Below, in pieces: positions 12,810-20,790 of a DNA stretch of 24,000 bases. Source of the DNA: Pseudomonadota bacterium (GTDB taxonomy: Bacteria; Pseudomonadota; Gammaproteobacteria; Burkholderiales; Ferrovaceae); contig JAKBBG010000004.1 of assembly GCA_021826025.1 (NCBI GenBank), positions 22,672 to 46,671 on the forward strand, read 5' to 3'. The notes beneath the pieces were generated by a model. It searched no databases. It had not been told where the DNA came from and saw nothing but the letters and a program-made list of their open reading frames with translations. The position numbers and the translations under genes are program-made. Every line of letters starts with the position of its first letter. The stretch's first letter is position 1.

Positions 12810-13344
12810 TGTCTTCGCCCAACGGTGCCAAAGGAGGGAGCTCCTGCAGGGAACGCAGGTTGAGATCGTCCAGCAGCAGGGGCGTGGTGCCGTACAGTGC
12901 CGGACGTCCGGGCACCTCGCGGTGGCCCACCACTTCGATCCATCCGCGCGCCTCGAGCGTACGCAAAACCGGTGTGGATACGGCGACCCCCCGGATTTCT
13001 TCGATGTCGCCGCGCGTGACCGGCTGCCGGTAGGCGATGATGGCCAGCGTTTCCATGACGGCGCGGGAGTACCGGGGCGGCTTGTCCGGCGTCATGCGGG
13101 CGATTTTTTCCTGGACCTCCGGCCGCGTCTGGAAGCGCCATCCGCTCGCAACCTGAACCAGTTCCACGGATCGTCCTTGCCAATCCGCCTGCAGCGATTC
13201 CAGCAGGCGACGAATGGTATCCGCCCCAAGTTCGGGATCGAAAAGCTTCCTGAGCTGTGCCATCGGCACCGGCTCGGGGCTGGACAGCAGAGCTGCTTCC
13301 AGCAGTTGCTTGGCCGCGGGAAGTTCCGCGTCGGACAGGGTCAT
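12787..13344 (-). CDS. scpB: SMC-Scp complex subunit ScpB
   Basis: 185 aa with two winged-helix-like halves. Typical blocks are [13 protein letters not shown], ...WRFQTRPE and [24 protein letters not shown]...LEARGWI. It follows scpA with an ATGA overlap. Confidence 0.9.
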   Translation of the reverse strand: MTLSDAELPAAKQLLEAALLSSPEPVPMAQLRKLFDPELGADTIRRLLESLQADWQGRSVELVQVASGWRFQTRPEVQEKIARMTPDKPPRYSRAVMETLAIIAYRQPVTRGDIEEIRGVAVSTPVLRTLEARGWIEVVGHREVPGRPALYGTTPLLLDDLNLRSLQELPPLAPLGEDIVLPETA

Positions 13345-14168
13345 GGGGTCAACTCCGGGGCTGCTTCAGCCAGGCTGAGGTATAAGGGGGCATACGCCTC
13401 CGACTGGGAAACTTTCACCAGCGATTCCTTTACGAGTTCCAGGACGGCGATGAAGTTGACCACGGCAACGGGCACCGTGATGCCGGATTCGAACAGCTCG
13501 TGGAACACCACGAACGTCTGCTCGCGCAACCGCCGCAGGATGCGGGTCATGTGTTCGCGAACCGACAGCTGTTCCCGCGTGATGCGGTGATGCTGGTTGA
13601 TCCTTGCACGCGAGAGGACCTGGGCCCAGGCGTCGAGCAAATCGCGTGCGGAAATCTGGGGAAGGCGCTGGTTGAGCGCTTCGTCCACCCAGACCTGGAC
13701 TGCGGAAAAGTCCCTGCCCGTTCGGGGCAACTCGTCGAGGGTCGCTGCTGCCCGCTTCATTTGCTCGTACTCCAGCAGCCGGCGCATCAGTTCAGCGCGT
13801 GGATCGGCCTCCTCTTCCTCCGTGGCGGCAGCCGGTCGAGGCAGCAGCATGCGCGACTTGATTTCGATCAGAACCGCCGCCATCACGAGGTATTCGGCCG
13901 CCAGCTCCAGACGGCGGGTGCGCATCACTTCCACGTATTCCACGTACTGACGGGTGAGTTCCGCCATGGGAATATCCAGGATGTCGATGGAATTTTTGCG
14001 GATCAGGTACAACAGCAGGTCGAGGGGGCCTTCAAAGCTTTCCAGAAAGACTTCCAGAGCTTCCGGAGGGATGTAGAGATCCTGGGGAAGGCCCACGAAG
14101 GGCTCCCCGCGCACCTTGGCGATGGGTTCCGCCAGAGGGACTTCGAGCAGGTCGGCTGCCTCGTTCAT
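13341..14168 (-). CDS. scpA: Segregation and condensation protein A (kleisin ScpA)
   Basis: 275 aa from ATG 14168. The conserved kleisin N-terminal block is [31 protein letters not shown], and the C-terminal winged helix is VTFLAVLELVK-like ([15 protein letters not shown]). The start forms an ATGA overlap with the trpS stop. The 24 extra codons from 14240 overlap the trpS C-terminus and were rejected. Confidence 0.9.
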   Translation of the reverse strand: MNEAADLLEVPLAEPIAKVRGEPFVGLPQDLYIPPEALEVFLESFEGPLDLLLYLIRKNSIDILDIPMAELTRQYVEYVEVMRTRRLELAAEYLVMAAVLIEIKSRMLLPRPAAATEEEEADPRAELMRRLLEYEQMKRAAATLDELPRTGRDFSAVQVWVDEALNQRLPQISARDLLDAWAQVLSRARINQHHRITREQLSVREHMTRILRRLREQTFVVFHELFESGITVPVAVVNFIAVLELVKESLVKVSQSEAYAPLYLSLAEAAPELTP

Positions 14169-15367
14169 GAATAGGACAGTCCGATGCTGTCGCGAACATC
14201 GCGCAGGGTATCCGCCGCCAGCTTGCGGGCGCGTTCGCATCCATCAGCGACCACGTTGCGGACCAGGGTCGGGTCATCGAGGTAGGCCTGGGCTTTTTCC
14301 CTTATGGGGCGAAGCTCTTCCAGCACGCGATCCACCACGGGTTGCTTGCATTCGAGGCATCCGATGCCTGCGGAACGGCATCCTTGCTGCACCCAGTCGC
14401 GCGTGGATTCGTCGCTGTAAATCTGGTGGAAGGAATAGACCGGGCAGCGGTTGGGATCCCCCGGGTCCGTGCGGCGCACGCGCGCGGGGTCCGTGGGCAT
14501 GGTGCGGATCTTGCGCGTGATGCTGGCTTCGTCTTCGCGCAGCGCGATGGTGTTGTTGTAGGACTTCGACATTTTCTGTCCATCCAGACCCAGCAGTCGC
14601 GACGCTTCTGTCAACATGGCCTGCGGCTCAGCCAGGATCATTTTCCCGGTACCCTCCAGATAGCCGAACACGCGTTCGCGATCCACCATCGACAGGTTCT
14701 GCGATTCTCCCAGCAGCGCACGCGCGGCTTCCAGGGCGTCGTCGTCCCCCTGTTCGGTATAGCGGTTGCGCAGCTCCAGGTAAAGCTTCGCCTTCTTGCT
14801 GCCAAGCTTCTTCACGGCCTGCAAGGCCTTTTCGTCAAAATCCGGCTCCCGCCCGTAGAGGTGGTTGAAACGCCTCGCGATTTCGCGGGTGAACTCGATG
14901 TGGGGCACCTGGTCTTCTCCCACGGGCACACGATTGGCGCGGTAGATCAGGATGTCCGCCGCCTGCAGCAAAGGGTAACCCAGGAAGCCGTAGGTGGACA
15001 GGTCCTTGTCCGCGATCTTCTCCTGTTGTTCCTTGTACGTGGGCACCCGTTCCAGCCACCCGAGCGGCGTCATCATGGACAGCAGCAGATGCAATTCGGC
15101 ATGTTCCGGAACGCGGGACTGGATGAACAGCGTCGCCTGGTTCGGGTCGACGCCCGCAGCCAGCCAGTCGATCACCATGTCCCATACGTGCGCTTCGATG
15201 GCCTGGGGCCGGTCATAGTGCGTGGTCAGTGCGTGCCAGTCGGCCACCATGAACAGGCATTCATGCTCATGCTGGATCTTGATCCAGTTCTTGAGCACGC
15301 CGTGAAAATGCCCCAAGTGCATGGCCCCGGTGGGGCGCATGCCGGACAGCACGCGATCTGGGTACAT
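14165..15367 (-). CDS. trpS: Tryptophan--tRNA ligase, long (about 400 aa) form with a C-terminal four-Cys motif
   Basis: 400 aa class I aaRS. The HIGH-type motif is MHLGHFHG and KMSKS is present (GQKMSKS). An insertion precedes KMSKS. The Cys cluster is CPVYSF...QQGCRSAGIGCLEC. Confidence 0.96.
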   Translation of the reverse strand: MYPDRVLSGMRPTGAMHLGHFHGVLKNWIKIQHEHECLFMVADWHALTTHYDRPQAIEAHVWDMVIDWLAAGVDPNQATLFIQSRVPEHAELHLLLSMMTPLGWLERVPTYKEQQEKIADKDLSTYGFLGYPLLQAADILIYRANRVPVGEDQVPHIEFTREIARRFNHLYGREPDFDEKALQAVKKLGSKKAKLYLELRNRYTEQGDDDALEAARALLGESQNLSMVDRERVFGYLEGTGKMILAEPQAMLTEASRLLGLDGQKMSKSYNNTIALREDEASITRKIRTMPTDPARVRRTDPGDPNRCPVYSFHQIYSDESTRDWVQQGCRSAGIGCLECKQPVVDRVLEELRPIREKAQAYLDDPTLVRNVVADGCERARKLAADTLRDVRDSIGLSYS

Positions 15368-15391
15368 AAATTCGAAAACTCCTGGGCTGCT

Positions 15392-16249
15392 TTAGTGAAG
15401 GGCGGCATCACCCCATGCCTGCCAGACAGGCACGCACTGGGGCGGCAAGGGCGGAAGTTTTCCGGGCTCCAGGCGGCTTTCCCCGGGCCCATGGTAGTCC
15501 GATCCTCGGGAAGCCAGCAAGCCGCGCCGGGTCGCCTGATCGGCAAAAAGTTCCGCCTGGTCGCGCGTATGGTTGCACGTGATCACTTCGATGCCGAGGC
15601 CGCCCGCTTCGACGAACGCGTCGATGAGGCTGTCCAGGGCACTGCGATTCAGGCTATAGCGTCCCGGGTGCGCCAGCACGGGAACACCGCCAGCCTCCAG
15701 GATCCAGGATACCGCATCGCCCAGTTCCGCCCAGCGATGTTTCACGTAACCGGTTTTGCCCTTGACCAGAAACCGCTTGAATACGCTGGGCACGTCCCGC
15801 GCCACGCCCTGCTCGACCAGATAGCGCGCGAAATGGGGCCTCGCGACGATTTTCGGATTGTGCGCGTAACGCAAGGCTCCTTCCAGCGCGCCGGGAATTC
15901 CCGCCTTGGCAAGCTCATGGGCAATGCGTTCGGCCCGTTCCATGCGACCGCCGCGAATGGCGCTCAATCCGGCCACCAGTGCCGGATTGAGGGGGTCGAT
16001 GTTGAGTCCCACGATGTGCACGGTATGCTGGGCCCAGGTGACGGACACCTCCACCCCGTTGATGAACCGCAATCCTGCCCCTCGGGCAGCCTCGGCAGCC
16101 TCCCCGAGGCCATCGGTGTCATCGTGGTCGGTCAACGCCAGGGTCGTAACCCCGTTGGCCGCCGCCAGCCGGACCAGTTCAGCAGGCGCCAGAAGACCGT
16201 CGGAAACCCGGGAATGGTTATGCAGGTCAATGTTTTGCATTGAATTCAT
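15392..16249 (-). CDS. trpH: PHP-domain phosphoesterase, TrpH/YciV family (RNase AM / 3',5'-bisphosphate nucleotidase-like)
   Basis: PHP metal-binding motifs are IDLHNHSRVSDG and LALTDHD, followed by later His/Asp blocks (AHPGRY, GSDYHG). The start is ambiguous: TTG 16261, ATG 16249 (used here) or ATG 16240, and none has a clear Shine-Dalgarno. Confidence 0.85.
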   Translation of the reverse strand: MNSMQNIDLHNHSRVSDGLLAPAELVRLAAANGVTTLALTDHDDTDGLGEAAEAARGAGLRFINGVEVSVTWAQHTVHIVGLNIDPLNPALVAGLSAIRGGRMERAERIAHELAKAGIPGALEGALRYAHNPKIVARPHFARYLVEQGVARDVPSVFKRFLVKGKTGYVKHRWAELGDAVSWILEAGGVPVLAHPGRYSLNRSALDSLIDAFVEAGGLGIEVITCNHTRDQAELFADQATRRGLLASRGSDYHGPGESRLEPGKLPPLPPQCVPVWQAWGDAALH

Positions 16250-16261
16250 TGGGATTTTCAA

Positions 16262-16354
16262 ATGCCCATGATACCAAATCGGTCGCCCCCCTGAAACACC
16301 CTGTCACGCGCCTCGATGGACAAATCCCCAATAAATCAAGGACAATAGCAGGTC
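16262..16354. promoter_or_regulatory. Divergent intergenic region between trpH (-) and yciB (+); probable promoters for both operons
   Basis: This is the only other sizeable non-coding gap and it lies between diverging genes. On the plus strand, TGGACA (16317-16322), an 18-nt spacer and GACAAT (16341-16346) form a candidate promoter. AGCAGG is a weak Shine-Dalgarno before the yciB ATG. These are sequence matches only. Confidence 0.3.
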
Positions 16355-16918
16355 ATGAAAATTTTTTTCGACCTCTTTCCGGTCCTCCTTTTTTTTGTGG
16401 CTTACGAACTGGGCGGCATCTATTGGGCCACCGGTTCCGCCATGGGCGCAAGCCTGCTGCAAGTCGGCTGGCTGCTCGGTACGCGACGCCGGGTGGAACC
16501 GGCCGCCTGGATCAGCCTAGGCGTCATCTCCCTGTTCGGAGGATTGACGCTCTGGACCCACCAGCACCGCATCGCAGGCATCGACCCGACCGTGTTCATC
16601 CGCTGGAAGCCGACCGCCCTCTACTGGATTTTTGCCGCCATCCTGTTCCTGGGGCCGGCCCTGTTCAACCGCAATCCGATCCGTGCCCTGATGGGAAAGC
16701 AGCTGCATCTGCCCGACACCGTCTGGGGCCGCCTCAACCTGGCCTGGGCCGTGTTTTTCACTTTGCTGGGAATCCTCAACCTGTACGTGGCGTTCAATTT
16801 TTCCGAACCGGTCTGGGTGAAGTTCAAGGTTTTTGGCCTGCTTGCACTGATGGTGGTGTTCATCCTGGGCCAGGGCATCGTGCTTTCCCATCATCTGGAA
16901 GAGAAAGATGACTGCTGA
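16355..16918 (+). CDS. yciB: Inner-membrane septation protein YciB/IspZ
   Basis: 187 aa and multi-TM. The family-typical N-terminus is MKIFFDLFPVLLFFVAY, with blocks FIRWKPTALYW, LNLAWAVFF and LNLYVAFNFSE. Confidence 0.93.
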   Translation: MKIFFDLFPVLLFFVAYELGGIYWATGSAMGASLLQVGWLLGTRRRVEPAAWISLGVISLFGGLTLWTHQHRIAGIDPTVFIRWKPTALYWIFAAILFLGPALFNRNPIRALMGKQLHLPDTVWGRLNLAWAVFFTLLGILNLYVAFNFSEPVWVKFKVFGLLALMVVFILGQGIVLSHHLEEKDDC

Positions 16919-17168
16919 AACCACGGCGGAACGGATGCGCTCCCACCTCTCTGCGCTGCGCCCAACACAGCTCGAGATCCGTGACGACAGCCGCCACCAC
17001 GCAGGCCATGCCGGCGCAGAAAATGGCGGCCATTACAAAATCACCATCATTTCAGAAGCGTTTCATGGCCTGCCGCCGTTACAGCGGCACCGGCTGGTTC
17101 ACGAAGCGCTGGCGCCCCTGATGGGGCATGAAATTCACGCACTGGCCATCAAAGCCGGTACTCCCTGA
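16908..17168 (+). CDS. BolA-family protein
   Basis: 86 aa. The BolA pattern is L.I.DDSRHHAGHAG....GHYKITIISEAF.G...LQRHRLVHEAL......IHALAIKAGTP. It overlaps the yciB 3' end by 11 nt. Confidence 0.85.
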   Translation: MTAETTAERMRSHLSALRPTQLEIRDDSRHHAGHAGAENGGHYKITIISEAFHGLPPLQRHRLVHEALAPLMGHEIHALAIKAGTP

Positions 17169-17205
17169 ACGCAGTATCCGTATTTTTGACCCGAGGACGC
17201 ACCCC

Positions 17206-18042
17206 ATGAAATTGAAACAAGCTTTGATGTCGCTCATCCTGGTCGGAGGCTCGCTCGCCCTGACCCTGTCGTACGCCGACCAGACCAAGGATAAAACCCA
17301 CGGCAGCTCAAAATCGGCTGCTGCCAAGCGCGTGGTGGTCAATGGCGTCACCATCCCCAATGCCCGCTTTGAACTGGTCACCGAGGCCCAAATCGCCCAA
17401 GGTCACCCGGCCGGACCGGACCTCGAACGCGCCGTCCGGGACAACCTGATTTCCCTGGAAGTGATCGCCCAGCAGGCCGTGAAAGACGGCCTGGAAAAGG
17501 ACCCGAAACTCCAGGCCCAGATCGATCTGGCCCGGGAACAGATCCTGGCCCGGGCGCTCCAGGCGCATTTCATCCAGACCAATCCGATCAGCGACACGGT
17601 CCTGCGCGCCGACTACGACCGCATGAAGGCGGAACTCGGGGACAAGGAGTACCTGGCTGAACACATTCTGGTAGCCAAGGAAGAAGACGCCAAGGCTATC
17701 ATCGCCGAACTCAAGAAAGGCGGCGACTTTGAAAAAATCGCCAAGGAAAAAAGCATCGACTCCGGCTCGAAGGAAAACGGCGGCAAACTGGAATGGGCCA
17801 CCCCCGTCTCGTTTGACAAATCTTTCAGCAACGCCCTGGTCAACCTCAAGAAAGGGGAAACCACGGACGCCCCGGTCAAGACGCCTTTCGGCTACCACGT
17901 CATCCGTCTGATCGACATCCGCCCCCTCAAGGCTCCTCCCTTCGAGGAAGTCAAAGACCGCATCCTTCAGGCCAAGGAACAGGAAGCCTTCAACCAGATG
18001 GTGCAACAGCTGCGCGCCAAGGCCAAGGTTGAAGAACGATAA
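17206..18042 (+). CDS. Periplasmic parvulin-type peptidyl-prolyl cis-trans isomerase (PpiC/SurA-like)
   Basis: 279 aa from ATG 17206, with a GAGGAC Shine-Dalgarno about 8 nt upstream. The Sec signal peptide is MKLKQALMSLILVGGSLALTLSYA/DQ. The C-terminal rotamase domain reads AEHILVAKEEDAKAIIAELKKGGDFEKIAKEKS.DSGSKENGGKLEW...PFGYHVIRL. The upstream extension to 17128 overlaps bolA and lacks a signal peptide. Confidence 0.88.
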   Translation: MKLKQALMSLILVGGSLALTLSYADQTKDKTHGSSKSAAAKRVVVNGVTIPNARFELVTEAQIAQGHPAGPDLERAVRDNLISLEVIAQQAVKDGLEKDPKLQAQIDLAREQILARALQAHFIQTNPISDTVLRADYDRMKAELGDKEYLAEHILVAKEEDAKAIIAELKKGGDFEKIAKEKSIDSGSKENGGKLEWATPVSFDKSFSNALVNLKKGETTDAPVKTPFGYHVIRLIDIRPLKAPPFEEVKDRILQAKEQEAFNQMVQQLRAKAKVEER

Positions 18043-20790
18043 TTGATCGAAGCGCGGGAGCTGTCTCGTTACGCCGCCCGGCTGATCGACGCCGGCAAGC
18101 TCCCGTCTGACACCCTGCGCGCGTCCGCCCGGGAACGGTGGACGCGCGCTGCCCTTTCCGGGCGTCTCACCCAGCTTTTCAACACGTCACCGGACTCCGC
18201 CGATGCCCAGCAAGCCCTGATGCGTGCGCTGCGCCGCCTGCGTCAGGAAGTCCTCCTATCGGTCATGGTGCGGGATCTGGACGGACGTGCCTCCCTGCCA
18301 GAAGTCATGTCAAGCATGACGCTGCTCGCCGAAGTGGCCATCCAGGCGGCTGTATCCTGGCTGCATCGGGAGATGATCCAGGTACACGGCGCCCCTCTCG
18401 GAGCCGAATCGGGGCTCCCCCAGGAACTGCTGGTGGTCGCCATGGGCAAACTGGGAGGCGGCGAACTCAACGTGTCCTCCGACATCGACCTCGTTTTCCT
18501 TTATGAGGAAGACGGTGAAACCGATGGCCGCGGCAGCGGAAAACGCCTGTCCAACCACGAGTATTTCTGGCGCATGGGACGACGCCTGAACGCCCTTCTG
18601 TCGGAAGTCACGGAAGACGGCCAGGTTTTCCGTGTCGACCTGAGGCTGCGGCCCAATGGCACGGCAGGGCCGCTCGCCGTAAGCCTCGCCATGCTCGAAG
18701 AATATTTCATCGTTCAGGGCAGGGACTGGGAACGCTATGCCTGGATCAAGGCCCGGGTGGTTTCAGACCGGGAAAGGCCGGGGGTCGAACGCGGAACGGC
18801 TGCCCTGGCCGAACGCATCCTGCCATTCGTCTACCGCCGCCATCTGGACTATTCGGCCATCGGCGCATTGCGCAGCCTGCACCAGCAGATCCGCGAAGAA
18901 ACCGGCAGAGAAGCCCTGCGCGACGTCAACTGGCGCGGCAGGGACATCAAGCTTGGGCGCGGCGGCATCCGGGAAATCGAATTTGTCGCCCAGGTCTTCC
19001 AGTTGATCCGGGGTGGCCAGGACTCCGCGCTGCGCGTGATTCCGACTCTGGAAGTGCTTGCGTTGCTGGGAGAGCGCGGCCTTGTTGAGCAGGAATGGGC
19101 CGGCCGTCTGGCCGAACACTACGTGTTCCTGCGCCGTCTGGAACACCGCCTGCAATACCTGGACGATGCTCAAACCCACAGTCTGCCTGTCGACCAGGAC
19201 GATCTTGCGAAAGTGGCCCGTTCCCTCGGGTTTCCCGACGTCGCGCCGTTTCTCGCTGAACTGGACTGGCGGACCCATGACGTGGCAACCCTGTTCGACC
19301 AGATTTTCCCCCCTTCGCAAATGCCTTCGGAGAACAGTACGGGTTCCCGCCTGTGGCATGGCGCGAATCTCGAAATCACCGACCCTGTACCCGAGGGGCC
19401 GGAGGGCCCGCTGATCCAGCAGCTGTCGGCGCTCAAACGCACACCGGGATACCGCTTCCAGAGCCCGAAAACCCGTGAACAATTCGACCGTGCCGTAATC
19501 GACGGCATCAACCGCATGTACGCCGGCGGCGCCCCCCCTTCCGCCGCATTGGGCAACCGCTTCTGCCTGTTCATGGAAGCGATCAGCCGGCGCGCCTCCT
19601 ACCTGATGCTGCTGGTGGACTACCCGGTGGTTCTGGAGCGGCTCCTGCCCCTGCTCGAAGCTTCGGAATGGGCTGCAGGCTACATTTCCCAGCGGCCCCA
19701 GCTGCTGGACGAACTGCTGACGGAAGCGGACGAGCAGGTCACCGACTTTTCAGGCTATTGGCAACGTTTCCAGACGGTCCTGCGCCAGCGCCTGCAGGAA
19801 GCGGAAAACGACATGGAAGGCCAGATGAACATCCTGCGACGCGCCCGCCATGCGGAAACGTTCCGCGTGCTGGTGCGGGACTTGCGAGGCCGGCTGCCGG
19901 TCGAAGCGGTGGCAGACCGCTTGAGCGCGTTGGCGGATGCACTCATGACCTTGGTTCTCGAATGCTGTTGGCAGCGCATTTCCGGACGGCATTGCGACCA
20001 CCCTAAATTCGCGATCATCGCGTACGGGAAATGGGGCAGCAAGGAGATGGGCTACGCATCGGACCTGGATCTCGTGTTTCTTTATGAAGACGAGGATGAA
20101 CGGGCACAGGGAAGCTATGCCCAGCTGGCGCGGAAAATATCCGCCTGGACCACCACGCCGACAGGCGTGGGCGTCCTATACGAAATGGACACCCAGTTGC
20201 GACCGAACGGAAATGCCGGGATGCTGGTGAGCCCCCTGGACGCTTTCCGCCATTACCAGATGCAGGATCGAGCCAATTCCGCGTGGGTCTGGGAGCACCA
20301 GGCGCTTACGCGCGCCCGCTTTTGCTGCGGGGATCCGGCCATCGGCGGTGCATTCGAGCGCATCCGCCAAGACGTGCTCTGTCGCAAACGCGATTTGCCT
20401 TCCCTGCGCGACGAAATCCTGAGCATGCGCAAGCGGATACATGAAGGACATCCGAACGCGAGCGGCCTGTTCGACGTGAAACATGATGCCGGCGGCATGG
20501 TTGACGTGGAATTCATTGTGCAGTTCCTGATTCTTGCGCACGCGCACAACCATCCCGGCCTGGCGGATAACGTCGGCAACGCTGCACTGCTGCGCAGGGC
20601 CGGCCAATACCGTCTGATCGAGCCATCGTTGGCCGAAGGCGTGGCGGAAAGTTATGCGGCGCTGCGGCGCTTCCAGCACCGCGAACGCCTTCAGGGCGCG
20701 CTGCAGGCGCGCATTGACCCAAGCGAAGGAGAGGCCGTCCGTGCTCGCGTGCGAGCCCTGTGGCAAACCGTGTTCGGGGTGTCTTCCTAG
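18043..20790 (+). CDS. glnE: Bifunctional glutamine synthetase adenylyltransferase / adenylyl-removing enzyme GlnE
   Basis: 915 aa with two nucleotidyltransferase modules ([23 protein letters not shown] and [25 protein letters not shown]). Each is followed by a LRLRPNG/QLRPNG block. The only start candidates are TTG 18043 and ATG 18220, and TTG is preferred (see findings). Confidence 0.92.
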   Translation: MIEARELSRYAARLIDAGKLPSDTLRASARERWTRAALSGRLTQLFNTSPDSADAQQALMRALRRLRQEVLLSVMVRDLDGRASLPEVMSSMTLLAEVAIQAAVSWLHREMIQVHGAPLGAESGLPQELLVVAMGKLGGGELNVSSDIDLVFLYEEDGETDGRGSGKRLSNHEYFWRMGRRLNALLSEVTEDGQVFRVDLRLRPNGTAGPLAVSLAMLEEYFIVQGRDWERYAWIKARVVSDRERPGVERGTAALAERILPFVYRRHLDYSAIGALRSLHQQIREETGREALRDVNWRGRDIKLGRGGIREIEFVAQVFQLIRGGQDSALRVIPTLEVLALLGERGLVEQEWAGRLAEHYVFLRRLEHRLQYLDDAQTHSLPVDQDDLAKVARSLGFPDVAPFLAELDWRTHDVATLFDQIFPPSQMPSENSTGSRLWHGANLEITDPVPEGPEGPLIQQLSALKRTPGYRFQSPKTREQFDRAVIDGINRMYAGGAPPSAALGNRFCLFMEAISRRASYLMLLVDYPVVLERLLPLLEASEWAAGYISQRPQLLDELLTEADEQVTDFSGYWQRFQTVLRQRLQEAENDMEGQMNILRRARHAETFRVLVRDLRGRLPVEAVADRLSALADALMTLVLECCWQRISGRHCDHPKFAIIAYGKWGSKEMGYASDLDLVFLYEDEDERAQGSYAQLARKISAWTTTPTGVGVLYEMDTQLRPNGNAGMLVSPLDAFRHYQMQDRANSAWVWEHQALTRARFCCGDPAIGGAFERIRQDVLCRKRDLPSLRDEILSMRKRIHEGHPNASGLFDVKHDAGGMVDVEFIVQFLILAHAHNHPGLADNVGNAALLRRAGQYRLIEPSLAEGVAESYAALRRFQHRERLQGALQARIDPSEGEAVRARVRALWQTVFGVSS

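Noticed and set aside
14342-16243. 633-aa plus-strand ORF spanning the antisense of both trpS and trpH
   Set aside because: trpS and trpH happen to share the same frame (first codon positions 15367 and 16261 are both 1 mod 3). The codon-aligned shadow frame therefore runs through both genes and the 24-nt gap. The product has no recognisable domains.
16362-16396. T7 (16362-16368) and T8 (16389-16396) homopolymer tracts at the 5' end of yciB as possible phase-variation switches
   Set aside because: They encode the conserved Phe-rich N-terminus (MKIFFDLFPVLLFFVAY). The tracts are short for slipped-strand switching, and AT-rich 5' coding ends are common because they keep mRNA structure low. There is no evidence of variation in a single sequence.
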